Source: Blastocystis sp. Blastoise (lineage: Eukaryota > Protista > Bigyra: Opalinata). From it: DNA of 64,000 nt. The stretch lies in assembly GCA_039096225.1 (NCBI GenBank), contig JBBPEB010000007.1, positions 868,001 to 932,000 of the forward strand. Direction: 5' to 3'. Below, one piece after another: positions 60,401-64,000 of the stretch (its first letter is position 1; every line of letters starts with the position of its first letter). The notes below the pieces were generated by a model, which was given only the letters and a program-made list of their open reading frames with translations, did not search any database and was not told the origin of the DNA. The position numbers and the translations under genes are program-made.

Positions 60401-63400
60401 ACTTCCTAATAATTGCCAACCACTAGGAGTATATTGATTACATGTATAACTAGATATTATTGTATATCTAGATATATATGTAGATATACCAGGAGGATAT
60501 ATATATTCTATATATATATTATTACATATATCATGAACAAACCATTCTGTATAATAATTATGATCAAATAAATGTTTATAGGAAGATAATACGGATTGAC
60601 CATAATAAGGAGAATAAGAATATCCTTGAGTAGTTATACTATATGAATTAGGAAGTATATATAAAGATATATCTAATAAAGAACTAGAAGCAGGCGAATC
60701 TAAAAATGATTTTTTATTAGTTTTATTAAAATGTTTATTATTATTATTATGTTTATCATCATTATTATAATGTTTATTATCTTTATTATCATTATTATTT
60801 TGTTTATCATCTTTATTATTATGTTTATTATGTTTATTATCTTTATTATTTTGTTTATCATCTTTATTATTATGTTTATCATCTTTATTATTTTGCTTAT
60901 CATCTTTATTATCACTATCATCTTTATTATTTTGTTTATCATCTTTATTATCACTATCATCTTTATTATCATCACAACTAAATGGTGAATCATAATAATA
61001 TATATTGTTAACATCACATCCTCTATGGATTTCAATTGCAAAATGCATTATATATAAATCTGTAAATTGAGCAGGTATTTGAAAATGAATAATACTACTT
61101 ACATATGTTTTTTTATCACTTTCAGAAAGAGCTAATGTTTCACTATATACAGTAACATTCTCAGGCATATTATAACGATGAATTTCATATCCATTAAGAT
61201 AAGCAATAAAACCATTAAAAACACCAATTTCATATTTTAAAGCTGAATATTGCTGAATAGAATTAAGAGCCAATGGATATACATAATATTGAGTAATATA
61301 TAAAGGAAATCCAATTGTATCTATTGTACCTATAGACCAACCTTCAGGTAATCTATCTTCATAATTATAAGATAACCATGAATAATTAACAGGAAAATAT
61401 ATAGGTTCTGAAGAAGATATATTATTATCATTATTATTATTATATTTATTATTATTATTATTATATTGATTATATTTATTATTATTATATTTATTATTAT
61501 TAGAAGAATTTGTATCATTTTTATTATGATTAAAATAGATCCATTTAATAGAATCTTTTAATAAGAATGTTGAAAATTGAATTTCATATGATTTTGGTGA
61601 TTCTCCATAGCTTATAGTTTCTTTAAAAAATAAATTAATATATTTAGAATATAATTCAATATAATTTTGATTCCATCCTAAATTATCTGTATCTGCTAAT
61701 ACTATAGTAAATGGTTTTAAAGGTATACAAATAGAAGACGTCATATCATTCCAATCTTCAAAATAATTACGGGAATGAATGATTTGTTCAGTTTCACTAT
61801 CATAAAATAAATAAAAATTAGTATTTGAAAATGTTTGTTGTGGATTATGATAAACTATATCAATTATAGTATATTGTGAAGCACATGAACAAAAATTAAT
61901 AATAATTGTAGTAATAGAAGATTCATTTCTAAGATTATAAGCTTGTATAGTTAATTGAACAACTAAATTAATAGTAGCATATTGATGATTATCAATAAAT
62001 GATCCTGTAGATATATAATAATATGTAGATTGTGATGATTTAGTAGTACTATTTGAAAAGAAAGAGGAATCATAATAATATATAGTTCTATTATTGATTA
62101 TATGTGTTGTATCTATTATATCTGTACGGAATATTGGACTACCGGTTATCTTTCCTGTATCTATATCAAAGAATAATCCATCAGGTAATGTACCATTAAT
62201 AATAGAGAAATCATGATATTTATTCATAGGTAATATAGTAGGAAATGAAGTATTATAATAACTATAGATATAATCAGGTTTATAATATAAAGGAGCTTCT
62301 TGAGAATTAAAAATAGTTTCAGAATATAATTCTATTTCAGCAAGTGTTAATTTAGTTTGATTATGATTCGAAATATCATTAATAATAAGATAATACTTAT
62401 TAAATAAAGTATTATTATTATATATATAACGACAATAATGCTGATTTCGTCCTTGAAAATGTATATTATGAACATTATCTAATAAATAACAAGATTTATC
62501 ATGAGGATCGAATGGGTTATATAAGCAACCATAAAATGACCAATCTTTAGGGTCTTCATCTACTAAATATTGACCACTGACTAAACAATATTTGTTAATA
62601 TATTCATGACGAAAAACAGTTTTATAAGTCATAATAATAGTTTCAGGAGAAAAAGGAAGTGTTTTTTTGAAAAAACAATTTGTTAAATCATTATGATCTA
62701 AAAGATTATTTAAATAAGTAGTATTTGTTGTAGAAAATAGATTAATTCGATTATTTCTTGGAAGATCATTTGAAGAATAAACAGAACGAAATGAAAAGAA
62801 TGTAGGTAAATTAGTAGGAAAGGTAGAAATATCAGTAATATTAATATATTGAATATCAAATGCAAGTATATTTTTACCAATATTTAAAAGAGATGTAGAG
62901 AGAATAATAAAAGAAGGAACAAAAGATTGTTTTGTATAAGAATGATGGGTATATATAGTATCATTATCTATAAAATTAAATATATCTTCATTATTTAAAG
63001 AATCATAAATAAAAGGAGATATATATTTATTATTAACTAAATTATTATTTTGTTTATTATTATCATAAATAATAGTATCACTATTATCATCAATAGTATC
63101 CATATTGTTCGTATATAATTTCTTGGAATGATTATATATAGTATTTTGTAATACTCCATTTAAATAGACATTCATATAATAAGTAGTATTAATAAAAAAT
63201 AATTCTAATGCTTGTATTTTTTGTAAAGAATCTATTTTAAATAGATTTCTAAAATATATATGATTTGTATATATTAAATGATTTTTTTGATCACAACATG
63301 TAGACCATAAAGAAGAAGGTTTATAATCTAATAAATACCATGAAGAAGTATCTAAAGATTCATCATCTTTTAATAAACAATTTGCATTTGAATTTCCAAA

Positions 63401-64000
63401 ATAAGAATAAAAATTTAAATTTAATAAAAATTCATGTTGAAATTGTGAATCTAAAGTATAATTATATAATAATAAAGATACTTCTTTATAATGAACTAAT
63501 ATCGTTAAATATGATTTACGACTCCAATAATAAGTATTATTATTATATAAAGTAAGTGTATATAATAATTTAGGAATACATATAGTATCTGTATCTTCAG
63601 TAGAATTTGAAGGTTGCCATGAATAATAAATATGATTTTTATTACTTAAAGTAAATATTTCATTTCCATTATTTAAAGTATCTGATGATTTATGTAAAGA
63701 AACAAATAAGAAATTGGATTGAATACAATCTTTTATATTAACATAAAGAACACATTGTTCTTTTTTATAAGTTCTTCCATTATAAGCATATATAAGTATA
63801 TAACCAGAAAATAATACTTCAGGAATACCAGTAATTTCTCCAGAAAAAGTATTTAAAGAAATACCTTTAGGTAAGATCATAGAAGAAGAAGAAGAGAAAT
63901 TATAATAACCTGAAGAAATTGGTAAAAGAGAATGAAGAGAAATCCCTATATACCAAGTATACATAGTTTGTGAATATTGAAATGAAGCTATAGTATTAAC
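57425..64000 (-). CDS. Very large type-I surface protein (5'-partial), same family as 38319-47043
   Basis: >2179-aa open frame with LPxGLxxDxxTGxIxG repeats, CxxxxxWP...RxC...W...C repeats, discoidin-like WQLLGSNDG motif and a C-terminal TM. Confidence 0.9.
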   Translation of the reverse strand, partial: VNTIASFQYSQTMYTWYIGISLHSLLPISSGYYNFSSSSSMILPKGISLNTFSGEITGIPEVLFSGYILIYAYNGRTYKKEQCVLYVNIKDCIQSNFLFVSLHKSSDTLNNGNEIFTLSNKNHIYYSWQPSNSTEDTDTICIPKLLYTLTLYNNNTYYWSRKSYLTILVHYKEVSLLLYNYTLDSQFQHEFLLNLNFYSYFGNSNANCLLKDDESLDTSSWYLLDYKPSSLWSTCCDQKNHLIYTNHIYFRNLFKIDSLQKIQALELFFINTTYYMNVYLNGVLQNTIYNHSKKLYTNNMDTIDDNSDTIIYDNNKQNNNLVNNKYISPFIYDSLNNEDIFNFIDNDTIYTHHSYTKQSFVPSFIILSTSLLNIGKNILAFDIQYINITDISTFPTNLPTFFSFRSVYSSNDLPRNNRINLFSTTNTTYLNNLLDHNDLTNCFFKKTLPFSPETIIMTYKTVFRHEYINKYCLVSGQYLVDEDPKDWSFYGCLYNPFDPHDKSCYLLDNVHNIHFQGRNQHYCRYIYNNNTLFNKYYLIINDISNHNQTKLTLAEIELYSETIFNSQEAPLYYKPDYIYSYYNTSFPTILPMNKYHDFSIINGTLPDGLFFDIDTGKITGSPIFRTDIIDTTHIINNRTIYYYDSSFFSNSTTKSSQSTYYYISTGSFIDNHQYATINLVVQLTIQAYNLRNESSITTIIINFCSCASQYTIIDIVYHNPQQTFSNTNFYLFYDSETEQIIHSRNYFEDWNDMTSSICIPLKPFTIVLADTDNLGWNQNYIELYSKYINLFFKETISYGESPKSYEIQFSTFLLKDSIKWIYFNHNKNDTNSSNNNKYNNNKYNQYNNNNNKYNNNNDNNISSSEPIYFPVNYSWLSYNYEDRLPEGWSIGTIDTIGFPLYITQYYVYPLALNSIQQYSALKYEIGVFNGFIAYLNGYEIHRYNMPENVTVYSETLALSESDKKTYVSSIIHFQIPAQFTDLYIMHFAIEIHRGCDVNNIYYYDSPFSCDDNKDDSDNKDDKQNNKDDSDNKDDKQNNKDDKHNNKDDKQNNKDNKHNKHNNKDDKQNNNDNKDNKHYNNDDKHNNNNKHFNKTNKKSFLDSPASSSLLDISLYILPNSYSITTQGYSYSPYYGQSVLSSYKHLFDHNYYTEWFVHDICNNIYIEYIYPPGISTYISRYTIISSYTCNQYTPSGWQLLGSNDGKVYESIDIQLNILFTHPKETKSFYVLPDHPYNRYRINFVQCNNINLNDEEKDDENICSFYNNAFHLCAIEFFVTRYEHFCIQKNIDDHKIPSSLYENKNYIIDDNIEYNIDDNKYNNIDDNKYYNIDDNDVNIKINHDSTCHINKNSQYYINNNKLIENTINQFPSYISTLYKTPIDTYFDTTNSYVVLNGNSININCGPFQTGLINQICFYGQFLEQDTSQCKYIPPSSFRYPQDFYIYIYNTTIFPIIPQINTIYADYSISPSLPNGLLLDPNIGVLYGQPVELIERKSYIIKAANNGGYTATSIELSIINTTNSNYCYPEGIWSFAYRNTIQYHDCPKGYTGILYRKCSLTIPAQWEDPIDQCILENTIITLSYPFSIYVFKPNTYINISPITTGNITSWSITPNSLPSGLSFNTYNGTISGSCDSVTNIYDFTIKAKNKMMVSFDLSIKIHDPICPGDINWPNGYPGQSLTMDCKQYSMSGTEIRKCDEKSLNWKVIEKTCKYTVLSISYSSSSYLRFKYMKLNTFIPIITGIATSFSIYPPLPNGLYFDNKTGSIYGIPQQIKNNQQYIVTISNKDLVKKHNIVLTIYKSVCKSIDIWPETLEDTYSIVPCESPYQVGYRNRTCQQGIESPLWGNITDSCIWKQPIVSYPSSMLSFYINDSISILPSVQNYVTDWSITPSLPKGLVLDKKSGNLYGIALCLSELKEYKIMVSNPSISILLFISISITNPRCEDDNEWNSIFVDERLYHFCNNNNHTIQYRDCLLNRRNNQGIWTDIYNGTCLERDTEDSLESDQVFLDHTLLFINKNEIIKDANIYGYIMDSLIYLTNTSLIKYNDIFITQKLVTNITNHNNRTTVSNNNNSKDLSLELIIRIRSNITYYPLLNTLVCTYISSQLFENLQHQFPLSFSYSSFFYNKDSISITYPTPPHNNNIHILWIYIIFFIFMMIFIIVFHVILSIFRKQIPKKTIIQSVLKDNDLFDTLL

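Overview
Very AT-rich, intron-dense eukaryotic DNA. It is probably from a Blastocystis-like gut stramenopile. That assignment is an inference from the modular surface-protein family, U12 introns, an intronised bacterial-type GH88 and a TGTTTGTT 3'-end motif. Most short ORF-track hits are artefacts of intronic microsatellites, so I rebuilt genes by manual splicing. Genes found: AAGAB/p34 with an inserted MYND finger, a TetA-like MFS transporter, lipoyl synthase, tRNA-Gly(GCC), a divergent long-form RNase Z, three large modular surface or secreted proteins, a UBL-domain protein, GH88, a GT31-like protein and a LON substrate-binding-domain protein. There are two DNA transposons. The first is an 8.8-kb CACTA-type element (2220-11051; perfect 15-bp TIRs, 2-bp TSD, subterminal repeats) with no recognisable transposase. 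It carries apparently non-coding minus-strand cargo: a spliced transcript running into a ~4-kb pyrimidine tract, directly followed by a perfectly paired, linker-less tRNA-like cloverleaf (5293-5361, a mascRNA-like arrangement), and a second 7-exon spliced transcript with no convincing ORF. The second transposon is a 2.9-kb piggyBac-related element with an ATTT TSD and a 7-intron DDD transposase that has an internal SAP-like motif and no cysteine-rich tail. Two U12 AT-AC introns and several candidate non-canonical (AT-AG, GT-AC) splice sites are also visible. All structures were read by eye; nothing was computed or searched.
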